From NCBI GenBank assembly GCA_965603825.1, contig CBFDEM010000056.1:868001-932000 (forward strand): DNA of 64,000 bases, given 5' to 3'. Positions 38,442 to 50,460 of the stretch are shown one piece after another. The position numbers and the translations under genes were made by a program. The stretch's first letter is position 1; each line of letters begins with the position of its first letter. Source of the stretch: Blepharisma stoltei ATCC 30299. Its lineage: Eukaryota > Protista > Ciliophora. The notes under the pieces were generated by a model. The model saw only the letters and a list, made by a program, of their open reading frames with translations, did no database searches and had not been told where the DNA came from.

Positions 38442-39431
38442 ATGGAACATGAAAATGTGCGAATTCGGCCTATAACACCTAGAGTTATAGAAACTAGGCA
38501 GGATGATTCTCCAGATGACTATGACATACAAAAAATCCTATCAAAACTTACCAATATTTCGACAAATTCATTTAGCTCAATCCAAAGACTTGAACTTTGT
38601 ATAAACACAGATGAAGTGCCTTTGCATAAAATTAGTGAGGAGTGTCCACAGTTAAAAGAATTAAAATTAAATGGAAGCTGCATAGAGTCGTTAAGGGATC
38701 TTGGAACTGGATGAAGCGAGTTAAGAGTTTTATGGGTTGTTAGAACTGGATTAGTGGAGTTTGAAGGGATTTCTGGATTTCCAAAGCTCAGCGAGCTATA
38801 TGCTGCTTTTAATGCGGTTACTGATTTATCATGCTTGATGTTTAATGATTCTTTACAAGTTCTTGACATTGAAGGAAACCAAATCAGTGAATGAAGCCAA
38901 ATAGAGCAATTAAACTACTGTGACCAGCTTTATTCACTTAATTTAGAAAGCAATCCTGTCACAAAAGACCCAGAATATCGGTCCAAATGCTTAAAATTGC
39001 TTCCACAGCTACAGATTTTAGATGATTCCTCAAGAGAAGCTGAAATTTCTATGCAGTCTCCTACAAGTTTTAATGAAAAAGAACCAGATGAGCTTGAACT
39101 AGTCACAAACTCAGTTAGGGAATCAACACCCAAGCGAAAACATGCAGAAATTCGACCAAAAAGCGCAAATCCCATTTTTAAAGATGAAGCTGTAAGCCAC
39201 CTAACTGAAGAAATTTTTAATGGAAACCCAATAAAAGCTATGAGATACAGACGAACCAGACTCCTTCAAGACCGAGAAAATGTAGACATAATGACACTTA
39301 TTAAAGAATTCAAGGTCGATAGCATAAAAGAGTTCAAGCCTTTTCAAGTTCCTCAGATGGTCAGAAAAACAAGGAAAATCCTGGCAAGAGAAAAATTCAC
39401 CGCAGACTATGAAAAAAGATCTGAAATCTAA
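38442..39431 (+). CDS. LRRC56: LRRC56/ODA8-like leucine-rich-repeat ciliary protein (329 aa)
   Basis: LKLNGS.IESLRDLGT, LRVLW, LYAAFN, LDIEGN, LNLESNPV; two TGA=Trp. Confidence 0.8.
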
Positions 39432-39469
39432 CTGTTAACCATAATTTTTGCATTTTTACAAAAATGAAT

Positions 39470-40933
39470 TTAATTATCACTTTTTATTCCTTTATTCATG
39501 GACGCCACAAATTCTTCAAAATCAACGTACCCATCTTTATTCACATCAGCTTCTTTCATCATATTTTGCCAATCCTCATTAGACACATTATTTTTATAGT
39601 CAAGAGCTTTTTTCAGGTCATTTTCAGAAATTTTTCCTTGGGACTTTTTATCTAATTTTTGGAAAATTTCGAGTAAATTTTCTCTTGAGGTGAATTTAGA
39701 CTGTTCTAAACATAAATTTAAGAACTCAGAATAAGTGATAGCTTCTCCTAGCTCATTTACTTTGCTTATAAGTCGGTTTACGTCAGTTTGGGCATTTTTT
39801 ATGCCTTCAGCTCTAGAAAACCCAGCGAGAAGCTCAGCTTTGCTTATGGTTCCGTCACCATTTGTGTCAAAAACTTGGAAAGCTTTGACGATTTCCTTTT
39901 CCTCATCTAAAGATAAGGATTGGACTACAAAATTTGAAACAGCTTGGGAAAACCCGCAGTGCTTTTGATATTTTCGAAGCTTAGAAATGATGTCGGTGAC
40001 CCCAGAAGAAACTTTTGGGGCTGCCTGCATTATCCAAGGATGCGTTAACGCAATGGAGGCAGAAATTCTGGCAAGTGGGTCAACTTCTAAGAGCTGCCGT
40101 AGTAGTAAAATCGCTTGAGGGGAGACTCCTTTTAGCGCTTTGGTATTCAACTGAAAAGGCTTGATTTTAATTTCTTCTATAATTTCTGCCTCAGATTTGC
40201 CTTCATAAGGAATATTCCCTGTTAGAAGGATATAAAATATCATTCCACAGCTCCATTCATCAACCTTTTCACTATAGTTCCCACGTATCATTTCGGGCGC
40301 CATAAAATAAGAATTCCCTTGTTCTCCTTTGAACTTTTGGCCACTATAAAAAGCGGCTTTACCGAAGCCGACTAATTTAATTTGCATTCCACAATCATCC
40401 TGTAGTAGTATGTGACTAGGCTCAATATTTCTATGGACTACTCGTTTACTGTGAAGATAAGCCACTGTTGATAGAAGCTGCCGCATAATAATTGAAACTT
40501 TTTCTTCAGGGAATTCTTTATACTCCACAATTTTATTAATTATTTCTTTTCCCTCACAGAATTCCATAGCTATATAATATTCATCTGCAGTTTCATAAAG
40601 TCCATAGCATCTTGGCAGATTCGGGTGATCAAGCAGCCTTCAGACTTTAATTTCTTTGGATTCTTCTGGAATTATAGTCAACTGAGTAGGAGGCCTTTTC
40701 TTTGAAATCCTCTTTAGCACTCTGAGCATAGATGTTAATTTCTCTGTACACCGAAATATTTCAGAATCATTTCGACTTGAAATAGAATATAAATTTTCAT
40801 AGTTTTCTAAGGGATTTGTTGAATGAACATTTAATAGGGCTCGAGGACTTCCAGCTTTTAATGAAGATAAGTTGCTTTCTTCGAGTTTTATAGGTGTTAT
40901 TGTTTTGTTATCCTTGCTGTTAGCGCAACCCAT
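39470..40933 (-). CDS. CDPK-like probable pseudokinase (487 aa)
   Basis: MGC start, kinase fold plus EF hands, but HRN for HRD, GFG for DFG, no Gly-rich loop; TGA 40640. Confidence 0.85.
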
Positions 40934-41592
40934 GATTTATATTTTATTACTTGAAATATGAGTTTTTTTCTAATTATTATTTATTGAAGAAAGATTCGAA
41001 AAGAAATGAGTATTCTGTGTTCTGGAATGTTTGTGTAAAAAATATAAAATTGTATTAACTTCAACATGTTTGCATAAATGGCATTATTTTATTCTAAGAA
41101 TACAGTGAATACGCTATTTATGACATTTTTTAAAGTTTAGTCCAAGGATATATTGGAAAAAAACTAAAAATAGCTTGCAATATTTAATTATAAAATGCTA
41201 GATATTGACTGATTTTACTAATTGAATAATATTTATAAGAGGATTTTAATTTGTATAATAATTTATTTTTAACTAGTTTGTATAAATAAAGTAAATATAT
41301 TATTTAATTAATTATTTTAATAACAGTATTCAAAGGAATTTAATCCTTTTCTTGCATAATCTCTTTTAAATAAGTATTTTTCATTAAATTTAAAAAATTC
41401 AGCATTGGTTTAGATCTATTATATAAAATTATGCACAATAATCCAAATAATTAATTAAATTAGATATTCTGCTTTTAATTTTATTTATATAATAAAAATG
41501 TAATATATCATTATTTATACATCTGAATAAAGTAATTGGTGCTGAGGAGAACTCTAACTATTAAGACATAGAAATTATTTAGAGAATTATTG

Positions 41593-42705
41593 TTAACTTT
41601 TCTTTTTAAGTATTTGTACTACATCTTCATCGCAAAGAATATGCTTTAACCCTACTCTCTGAGCTAAATGCTTCGTTGATTTTCCCCACACAAAAGCACA
41701 TCGAAATTCGTCCACTAGATCTTTATGCAGCTGTATACAAGCAGCCTCAATGCTTATTCCATCTCTTCTTTCAGTCAATATAAGCGGGTCACCAAAATCA
41801 GGGTGAAATCCAGGCTTTTTGGTATAAACTCTCACAAGACCTAATTTTTGCCAAATTCTTTCGACCAGCCATTCTAAGTTCATCCTTAAATTGCAAGAGA
41901 TAACGATTGAATCAGGCTCTCTTGCTAAATCATTGACTTCTTCAATTGAGATGTTATCAATTTTGTTATATACATATAAACATGGAATATAGCTTCTGTT
42001 TTTCCCTTCAACAATATCAATAAATTCATCAACTGATGCATCTTCTCTAAGCAAAATTTCAGCATGGAATATTTTGTATTCATGGCAGATTTTCCTTGCT
42101 ATCTCTTGGCTCATATGTGTTAAATGGCAGGTCGCATTAAAAACTATCCCATTAGCCGCTTTTCTTTGAAATGTGATATCAGGTCTTCTCTTATTAAGCC
42201 TAATCCCGACACTTTCAAGCTCTGCTGTAATTTTAGCTTTCTGTTCTTTTGCATTCTGAGCATCTAAAACCATCAAAATTAAATCGGCCGATTTCCCAAC
42301 TGCTATAACTTGTCTTCCTCTTCCTTTTCCCTCACTAGCTCCTTCAATAATACCAGGAAGATCTAGAAGCTGTAGCTTAGCTCCCTTATAAGTAATGATT
42401 CCAGGGATACATGTTAAGGTTGTAAATTCATATGCTGCAGATTCAGACTGTGTAGGTGTTAATGAGCTTAACAAGGTAGATTTACCCACACTAGGAAAAC
42501 CAATCAGGGCAACTCTTGCATCTCCATATTTCCCAACATCAAAGCCTTCAGCTTTCCCACCTCCTCCTTTAGGTGGTTCAAGAAGCTGTGCTTTTAGCTT
42601 TGATAAACGAGCTTTTAGCAGTCCAAGATGCCCTTCAGTAGCTTTATTCTTCTGTGTTCTGGCCATCTCGAACTGAATCTCCTTGATTCTTTCTTGAATG
42701 CCCAT
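41593..42705 (-). CDS. DRG2: developmentally regulated GTPase 2
   Basis: TQKNKATE.HLG, GDARVALIGFPSVGKS, AAYEFTTLT, DLPGIIEGA, TGS domain. Confidence 0.95.
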   Translation of the reverse strand: MGIQERIKEIQFEMARTQKNKATEGHLGLLKARLSKLKAQLLEPPKGGGGKAEGFDVGKYGDARVALIGFPSVGKSTLLSSLTPTQSESAAYEFTTLTCIPGIITYKGAKLQLLDLPGIIEGASEGKGRGRQVIAVGKSADLILMVLDAQNAKEQKAKITAELESVGIRLNKRRPDITFQRKAANGIVFNATCHLTHMSQEIARKICHEYKIFHAEILLREDASVDEFIDIVEGKNRSYIPCLYVYNKIDNISIEEVNDLAREPDSIVISCNLRMNLEWLVERIWQKLGLVRVYTKKPGFHPDFGDPLILTERRDGISIEAACIQLHKDLVDEFRCAFVWGKSTKHLAQRVGLKHILCDEDVVQILKKKS

Positions 42706-42740
42706 TTAATTATTTACACGATCCATAATTAGCATATAGA

Positions 42741-44405
42741 TTAATACTTATATTTCCATAACTCTAGGGCTTCAGATATGTTAAGACCAGCTGCATCTCT
42801 TTTCCATGGAATACAATGCTGCGTAGGCTGCTCTTTCCAGATTGGCAAAACATTGTGTTCAAGATTATTTAATTCTTTTTCTTCGTCATGAAGTTTAAGC
42901 TCGACTAGCCTAAGCCTTTCTCTCCTGGTTTTGTCCTCATCTTTTATAGCTATAATTTCAGGAACTTCTAATTGAATTTCTGAGGGATGTTTTAAAGCAT
43001 TTTTGATATTTTCAATTAAATTTTTTTCTGATTGGTAAAGTTCTGTGTGGCAAGCTTCGAAAACTCGTTTAAGTTGACGGTTTGTGATTGGAGTCCTTAA
43101 TTGGCTTGAAATAGTTGCCTCTGGGCCTGAAGTTGAAGGATGATTAGGGATATTTAATGGGACTAAATAATTTTGGATTTTTGCAAACTCAGAGCATTCT
43201 CGAGATATGCAAGTAAGTAATGGTTTGAGGAGCTCTGGAATGTCATTTCTTATGGCGAGAATATGATTTTGCATGAATTCGTCAATTCTCAGCTTATATT
43301 TCCCTAGATCTCTTCTCAATGACGAATTTCTTTCAACTATAGCACTTACCTGCAAACTTAATGAAGTTTTTCCTTCTTTTTCTCCTTTTTGTTTTTGTCT
43401 TTGCAAAAGAATAATTTTTTGGCTCAAATCTTCTTTTTTTTGTATCAATTCTCTCATGCTATTTTGTAAAGAATTTACCTGTGCTTTTTTCGACTGTAAT
43501 TCTATTTCCAATTTATGGAACTCTTTTAGCTTCGCTGACGAATAACTTTCTTTCCTCTCAAACAGAGAAATAAAATTTTTCCTTAAATTTTTGGTATAGT
43601 GAAGCATATTTTCGCAGTCATTAAAAGCTTCCCATGTCGATTCTCTTTCTTTTGCTATTTTTGCAGCAAGTTTATCAATTAATAAAGACGTGTCAATATT
43701 TTCTACTTGAAAATGGTCACCAATTTTAATTAGTTTTACCCCAATAGTCCTTATTTCATTTTCTGGGTGAAAATTATTGATCATGCTGTAGAGCTCGGTA
43801 AATGCAAATTTATTTTCACTGATTAAATGGGAAAAAACCGCAGTGGTCTCAAGGTCAATTCCTAATGAGTCTAAAATTCCTTTAATTGCGTTTACAGGGA
43901 TATCTAATGGTTTTGCTTTGGTAGTTGATAGATAAAGAAGTCTATCTGCAGCTTGAGATAACAGTTCTTCATTGATTTTTATATTTTCTGGGCTAGATTT
44001 TTGGTTATTAAGGGCTTCTAGTATTTCTTTTGATTTTGCAATTTTTTCTCTGAGCCGGTCGTTTTTGTAAACATATGCTTGCAGTATAGATCTTTTGGCT
44101 CTTTTCAAATTTATTTCACTTTTCAGCTTATTAATCACTTCTTGGTTTGCAGAAATCTGAGAAAGTATTTTTTGAGAATTTGATGTATCAATTTGCTTTG
44201 ATGAGCGGATATTATTGACAGAATTGAGCATTGAGTTCGCTCGAATTGTTTTTGCGTCGCTACTTGACTTTGTATGCTTCATTAAAAATTGAAAAATAGG
44301 CTTGGCCACACCTTGAAGCACCTGTGAGAGATCTTGGGTACTGATATCTCCTGGGTATAGCAAATTTGTCTTTAGATGGTTGCATAGATCTCCCGCCACA
44401 TCCAT
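42741..44405 (-). CDS. probable augmin subunit HAUS5/AUG5-like coiled-coil protein
   Basis: PIFQFLMKHTKS...KTIRAN near the N-terminus and WKEQP.Q...PW....G....W near the C-terminus resemble HAUS5 signatures as recalled. Confidence 0.55.
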   Translation of the reverse strand: MDVAGDLCNHLKTNLLYPGDISTQDLSQVLQGVAKPIFQFLMKHTKSSSDAKTIRANSMLNSVNNIRSSKQIDTSNSQKILSQISANQEVINKLKSEINLKRAKRSILQAYVYKNDRLREKIAKSKEILEALNNQKSSPENIKINEELLSQAADRLLYLSTTKAKPLDIPVNAIKGILDSLGIDLETTAVFSHLISENKFAFTELYSMINNFHPENEIRTIGVKLIKIGDHFQVENIDTSLLIDKLAAKIAKERESTWEAFNDCENMLHYTKNLRKNFISLFERKESYSSAKLKEFHKLEIELQSKKAQVNSLQNSMRELIQKKEDLSQKIILLQRQKQKGEKEGKTSLSLQVSAIVERNSSLRRDLGKYKLRIDEFMQNHILAIRNDIPELLKPLLTCISRECSEFAKIQNYLVPLNIPNHPSTSGPEATISSQLRTPITNRQLKRVFEACHTELYQSEKNLIENIKNALKHPSEIQLEVPEIIAIKDEDKTRRERLRLVELKLHDEEKELNNLEHNVLPIWKEQPTQHCIPWKRDAAGLNISEALELWKYKY

Positions 44406-44567
44406 GCTCTGAAATTTATAATAAAATTTATTTAAAAATCTTCTAGATTTTCCCTATACTTATCATCGGCAATTTCTTTTTAACAAAAATATTTGACTAT
44501 AAAACTCTTCAATCCTCAGCTTATTTTTGCTTAAAGCAAACCATTTTTTAAAAATTTACACGTGTAA

Positions 44568-46055
44568 ATGTTAAAAGGGATATTATTGGTATCTCTTTTG
44601 CTTTTTGCAGCAGCTGAAGAAGATTATTACAGATTATTAGGGGTTCCTAGAAATGCTGATGAAAAAACTATTAAAAAAGCATTTAAAAAGCTTAGTCTAA
44701 AATACCATCCTGACAAAAACAAAGAAAACAAAAAAGAAGCCGAACAAATGTTCATGAAAATTGCAAATGCATATGAGGTCCTTACAGACCCAGAAAAGAG
44801 GAAAATCTATGATCAGTATGGAGAAGAAGGACTTAAAAACGGAGGTCACCAGCAGCAACATCAAGGAAACTTTGATGACATTTTCAGCCAATTTTTCGGA
44901 GGCGGAGGAGGTGGAGGCTTCCAATTCAATTTTGGCCAAGGCGGAGGAAGGCAGCAGCAGCAGCATTTCCACTTCGGAGGACACCAGCAAGCCCATCAAG
45001 AGCCTAAAGCAGCCCCATTTTACGAAAACACAGATGTTTACAATCTAGATTTCGGCGGTCTAAAACATCTCTACCGTAGAAACGAAATTTGGATGGTCGA
45101 ATTTTACTCCCTAAAAAGCAAAGCCTGTGAAGAGCTCAAAGACGAGTGGATCAATATGGCCAACAAGCTATACGGCATCATAAAGGTCGCTGGTGTGAAT
45201 TGTGACGACGAAGAAGAGCTTTGTGAAGAATACGACGTCAAGCATTACCCTACCATTATTTATTTCCCAGATAATACTGCTTTAAGCTACGAGGTTTATA
45301 AAGGACCAAAAACATATCAAGCTATGAGCGATTTTGCAGTCGCAAGAATGCAGAGTTTTGTGAGGATCGTAAATTTGAAAAATATTAATTCCTTTTTTGA
45401 AGAAGAGCCTGAGCAAGCGAAAGTTATTCTTTTTACAAATAAAAAATCAACACCACCACTATTAAAAGCGCTGAGTAAAGAATTTAAAGGAAGGGTACTG
45501 TTTGGAGAGGTTAGGTCAAGTGAGGCAGAATTGGTGAGTAGGTATAATATAAAAGAATTTCCAACAATTATTGGGCTGAGTGAGGAAAATGAAAAGGATA
45601 GATATAGCGGCGAATATAAAAGAGATCTTCTGGAAAGATGGATTAGAGGGTTTATGTATAATAATAGAAGCCAAGGCACAAAGGTGAGAGAGTTGACTAG
45701 AATTTTAAATATTGGAGGCAAATGCAGCGCTGCAAGTAGCAGTTTTTGCTTTTTGTGGTTTATTCAAAAATCTGATGATAAGCCAAAAGAAATTTTAAAG
45801 GCTCTTGCTCAAACTTTTGAGAATGATCCTATTGAATTTTATTGGGTAGATAAATCAAGATATCCCGGTTTTGTTATTGAATTTGAAGGAGATATAGTAG
45901 CCTATAAGCCTAAGAGGAAGCGCTATGTGAAAATAGACTGCAACATGAACGTCAAATGCTTTACAGACCAGCTTTCTAATATCTTATCAGGTGGAGGAGA
46001 TATGAAAAAGCTTGACGTCACACCTGAACTTTTAGAGACAAAGAGAGAACTGTAA
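44568..46055 (+). CDS. ER DnaJ + thioredoxin-fold co-chaperone (DNAJC10/16, ERdj3A-like)
   Basis: Signal peptide, J domain HPD, G/F region, Trx-like folds without CxxC, C-terminal KREL. Confidence 0.9.
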   Translation: MLKGILLVSLLLFAAAEEDYYRLLGVPRNADEKTIKKAFKKLSLKYHPDKNKENKKEAEQMFMKIANAYEVLTDPEKRKIYDQYGEEGLKNGGHQQQHQGNFDDIFSQFFGGGGGGGFQFNFGQGGGRQQQQHFHFGGHQQAHQEPKAAPFYENTDVYNLDFGGLKHLYRRNEIWMVEFYSLKSKACEELKDEWINMANKLYGIIKVAGVNCDDEEELCEEYDVKHYPTIIYFPDNTALSYEVYKGPKTYQAMSDFAVARMQSFVRIVNLKNINSFFEEEPEQAKVILFTNKKSTPPLLKALSKEFKGRVLFGEVRSSEAELVSRYNIKEFPTIIGLSEENEKDRYSGEYKRDLLERWIRGFMYNNRSQGTKVRELTRILNIGGKCSAASSSFCFLWFIQKSDDKPKEILKALAQTFENDPIEFYWVDKSRYPGFVIEFEGDIVAYKPKRKRYVKIDCNMNVKCFTDQLSNILSGGGDMKKLDVTPELLETKREL

Positions 46056-46151
46056 AACAGAGCTGGCTACAAATAATTAATTTATTATTAGTGTTATTTA
46101 AAAGATAAGGAAAAATAAAATATTTATTTATTTCTTCGACAAACTATAAAT

Positions 46152-47282
46152 ATGTCAAGTGACGAAGAAGCCACAACAAATGACGGATCGACAGATCTTA
46201 CAGATCAACTTGCCCTTATGAGCCATGTATTCGATCCAAGCGCTGACCGAAATGCATGAAAGCAAGACAAAGTCTGTTCTGTTTGCTATCAGAGTTTTTC
46301 CATGATGGGAAATGGTAAAAAACACTACTGCAAGTTTTGCTTCCGAGGAGTTTGTGGCAACTGCTCAATGCATAAAGGCCTCCAGCCCGAAAGAAACGCA
46401 GCACTCAGGATTTGCGACAATTGCTACCACCGTGGCATAGAAGACCAAGTAAAATCCAATTTCGAGCGAGAATTAGAAAGAGAAAAACAAGAAACCTTAG
46501 AAGTAGAAGAAAACATAAAACTTGAAAAGAAAAACAACAACAAAGAACTGCTAGAAATCAAACTTTTAAAAGACAAAATCGAAAAATGCAAACAAGAATT
46601 AACAAGAAAAGAAACAGAGCTTGCCAATCAAGCAGCCTCTCTAAAAGACGATATGAAAAACATGGAATCTGACAGTGACGCTTTATATGAAAATTTAGAA
46701 ATAATAAAAAATGAAATAAGAACAAAAGAATCAAAAATCGCTGCTTTAAGAGAAGAATTACAAGGAGTAAAAAAACAATGCGAAGTTGACAGAAAAAGAG
46801 TCATGGACTTGAAAAATGCTATAGATGAGCAGGAAAAAGAAAATTTAAAGGTCCAGGAGTCGCTGAACTTGTTAGAAGATAAAGAAAAAAGAGCTGAAGA
46901 AAATAATTTAAATGTGATTAAAGCAGAAAAAGACGTGAAATTAAAAATCCAAAAAACAAAAGAACAGCTGGAAGAAGCGAGAAAAGATAACGAAAATTTA
47001 AGGAAAAGATTGCTTCCGCTGAGGCAGGAAAGAGATAGAAGGGTAAGTGAGCTGGAAGAGCTGGAAAATAAAGTCCAAGAGACGAGAGAAGAAGAAAAAA
47101 GAACCACAGATCAAGTCAAGTATTTGAAAGAAAAATCTGAAGCACAGAAACAAGAAATTATTAGGTTGCAGGCGAAGGTAAATAAAAATAATGAGGCTCA
47201 AGAGCTAGTGGATGGGCACAGCTCTGAAACGTCATCAGTTGAGCCTGAAGCAAGGGGGCGTTGCAAATGCATAATCCAATAA
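46152..47282 (+). CDS. FYVE-like zinc finger + coiled-coil protein with CaaX (376 aa)
   Basis: (W)KQD at TGA 46257, CSVC, KHYCKFC...CGNC, RICDNC; ends CKCIIQ. Confidence 0.8.
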
Positions 47283-47761
47283 TGCAATTCTAATTTTAAG
47301 TCTATGATGGAATTATTTATAACGAGATTTTTTTCAGTTGGCCTGTTATTAATTTCAGCCAGCCAAACTGCGACAAGTTATTATGGATTGGGGAAAGCAA
47401 GTCCCTAAACATCCCCAAATTGGTAGGGCATATATACCCTTATGGTCACACTAATAAATTCTCATTCTCAGAAGCCTCAATCCCATCAGTAAACAGTTTA
47501 CAGCAGCTTTTTCAGAATTTCTCCACAGAACTACTAACTACCCCCAACTGATCATACATTTAAATTGTCCTCGGTTTTCCCTTCAGAATCCCCTACAAAC
47601 AATTTATTAGAATTTTAACTACTAGATCAGAACCCCTTTCTTTACCCACCTTACTTCCAATTTCCCTTCTCCCAAGACTCAAGTCAAACTATTATCTACT
47701 ATTTCTACTCACAATATTTTAAATTATCGGGTTTAAGTCCAGCAAACGAAGTTCCATTCTT

Positions 47762-48539
47762 TTAAAGAGGGGAACCTGGTTCTGTGCTCTCACTTTCGCT
47801 TGGGCAAGAGATATCGTCTATTTTATATTGAATCTGTTCCAAAGTTAGCTCTAGAACCTTCTTATCTAATGAATAGCCTTGATCTACAACTTTCAGCCAC
47901 TCAGTTTTGAAGTCTCTTACCTTGAATTTATCAAGTGCGCAACAAATCGATGCGACAGCTAACAGAAAAGGAGGCTGAAAGGACAGAAGGTTATGTAAAT
48001 AGCAGAGCGCTGCGTATGAGTCTGCACTTTCGGCAATACTTGAATAATCGAAGTCTCCACAGGTGCAGGCCAGCAAGTGCCTTATAATTTCAGATGCAGT
48101 GGGGACGTCAAGTTTCCAGCACAAGGCGTTGAGTATAAACAGTTCGGTTTGAATTATGGCTTCGATCGGAAACCTCCCTTTACAGAGCTCATACATTTGT
48201 TTGGGACTGAGCTCTTGGATGTGCTCGTATTTTAAGGCAATGTTGAGTGACACTATGCCGACCAATTGTAAGACTTTTACGTGTGAAATTGACTTAAGCG
48301 ACAGAAATGTGTCGAAGTATCGTATACAGTACTGAATGGAGTTAGAGGAGCCACCCACTAGTTCGTTTACTTGGAAAAGCCAGAGAAGAATTTCTTCTCT
48401 GTCCTGAGGCTTAAATCGCCCATTCTGAATTGTTGTCAGGTATGAGCTGATATCTAGATATTCCTACGTGGAAGGTTACTTTTGATAGTAGGTAGGAAAG
48501 GGTTTCTTTGGAGTATAAACAACTTTGATCTTTATTCAT
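47762..48539 (-). CDS. cyclin (253 aa, 1 intron)
   Basis: REEILLWL, YFDTFLS, LQLVGIVSL.IALKYE, TELFILNALCW cyclin box. Confidence 0.88.
48464..48479 (-). other. 16-nt intron GTAACCTTCCACGTAG
   Basis: Removal of 16 nt joins ATG 48539 (YLLSK|EYLD) in frame. Confidence 0.8.
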
Positions 48540-49630
48540 TGAAGCTTACGAATTGCAAAGTGTTATTATAAAATTTAAGATAATACAAAATAAATCTTAA
48601 TTACCATTGATTTATATTGCTAGAGTAAAGTGCGTCGAGTAATTTTGACTGACGAAATTATGATATTGAAGTAGATATGGTTAGTTAGCGGGTTTTGTAA
48701 AAAATTCATAACAGAATTAATTAAAAGCTACGTAAAACTGATATGAGAGGAAACTGTAATAAATTGGGCTGGTTGTCTTTTTAATAATTTTCCTAATAAT
48801 TTGTAAGAAAATTGAATTTTATAAAAATAGTCAACGAATTATTTAAAAAGAATATTTAAAGAATTTTCATGCAAAATTGTTAATTTAAACTGGCTTTAAA
48901 ACAATGAATGATACTTTTTTCAACTAATAAGCTTCCTATTTGTAAAATAGCGTTTTCTGTTAAGCTGCTAATTTCTCAAAGTAGTTTTATTGTGTTTTGC
49001 TATAAAATTAGGCCTCAGAATGAGTTGTAGAGTAAATACCTCATCAGAAATTGATTTTGGATTTCAGAACTGTATCTTCAGAAGATATTTTTTTAAAATC
49101 TTTTTAAGATATATTTAGATTTATAGTTTTCTGATAAAATAATTTTTCCCTGGATGGTTTTTTAGTGATTCTTCATAAGCTTCTTTTTGGTTTAATCTTA
49201 AGCTAATTTCTATAGATCAAAACCTCTCATAACTACCAAAATGGTGCTGCAGAAAATAAAAAACCCATAATGTTTTCTTTTTGCATTATAACTATGATGC
49301 ATCTGTTTAGCTCAAAAGAGTTTGGGTCCTCCAATGGTAAGCAGATTAATTCCTTATAATTTCAAAAAATTCCAAAAATATATATTTTGCTTCTTTTTCA
49401 AACCTCTAGGTTGAAAAAATAATATGGCATTTGGGTATTAATCTTTTATAGAAGATAAAAATACTCTTTATCAGGGCCTAGAAAGAAAAAGGCCAAATTA
49501 TTATATAATAAAATTTTAAAACCAATAAAAGAAGTCTAGGATTATTAATTAAGACTTTTTAATGCTCACATACCCGAAGCTAAGACTCATGTTGGCTCTA
49601 TTTTCAATTGGCAAAACTCATCTTAACTTA

Positions 49631-50308
49631 TTATAAAGAACTCCCAATATGGCGCCCAATTTTGCACCCTTTTAAGCATTCAGTGCATTTATTACAACAA
49701 GTCATATAAGCATCTTTTCCACACCCTCTGCATGAGAAAAAATTAAGCCTCCCTGGATGATAAGCACATGCACCGTTGTGGTTATTCGCCAAGGTAAAAT
49801 TTTGGTGGCAATTTATACATTTTATTTCCTCTATTGCTCGATGTTCCGACTCAATTATTTTGCTAGACAATATTTCATGCTCTTTTTGTAAGGCAAATTT
49901 TTGGATTTCAAGTTCTTTGAAATAGTCAATGAGCTTTATAATTTTTTCTTGATTATTCTGGATTTTAGGAGAATTTGATTGAGGAAAATTTTCTGAGTGT
50001 TCTTCTTCATTATTCTGTAGGCTACCAAGCTGATAAACACTCCTTTGTAATCTTAAAAGATAATTTATTTTTTCAGTCAGCTCATTTTCTAAGATCTTTA
50101 GACTGTTAGTCTGTTGTTCAATTTGAGATTGCAAATTCTGATTCTGTTTTAATAAGGAATTGTGTTTTTCTTTGAGATGTGCGTTTGCTTTAGAGGAATC
50201 TTCGACTTCTTTAGCTTTGTCATTAAGGTAGAGTTTATAGCATTTATTTAAGTCTACTAAGTTGTTGTAAGGAATTGGCTCTGAAATATTTTTTAGTTCT
50301 TTAGCCAT
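49631..50308 (-). CDS. coiled-coil protein with C-terminal Cys/His-rich domain
   Basis: CINC.......N....C.YHPG...C..C.......CC..C..C..GC..G.H. Confidence 0.75.
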   Translation of the reverse strand: MAKELKNISEPIPYNNLVDLNKCYKLYLNDKAKEVEDSSKANAHLKEKHNSLLKQNQNLQSQIEQQTNSLKILENELTEKINYLLRLQRSVYQLGSLQNNEEEHSENFPQSNSPKIQNNQEKIIKLIDYFKELEIQKFALQKEHEILSSKIIESEHRAIEEIKCINCHQNFTLANNHNGACAYHPGRLNFFSCRGCGKDAYMTCCNKCTECLKGCKIGRHIGSSL

Positions 50309-50460
50309 TTTATTAGAAGAGATAATTTGCTTAATAAAGGGAACAAAAAATAAAATTTTTAATTTATCTATTTATTTTTGGGTTTTTAAAGAGGATTGAA
50401 GAAATAACTTTTAAGAGAACAATGATAAAACAGCTGTTAGAAGATTATTTATATTATTAT

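Noticed and set aside
48950-49250. Purine-rich minus-strand stretch as possible gene or IES
   Set aside because: Multiple TAA/TAG in the frame examined, no recognisable homology, no clear TA-bounded terminal repeats
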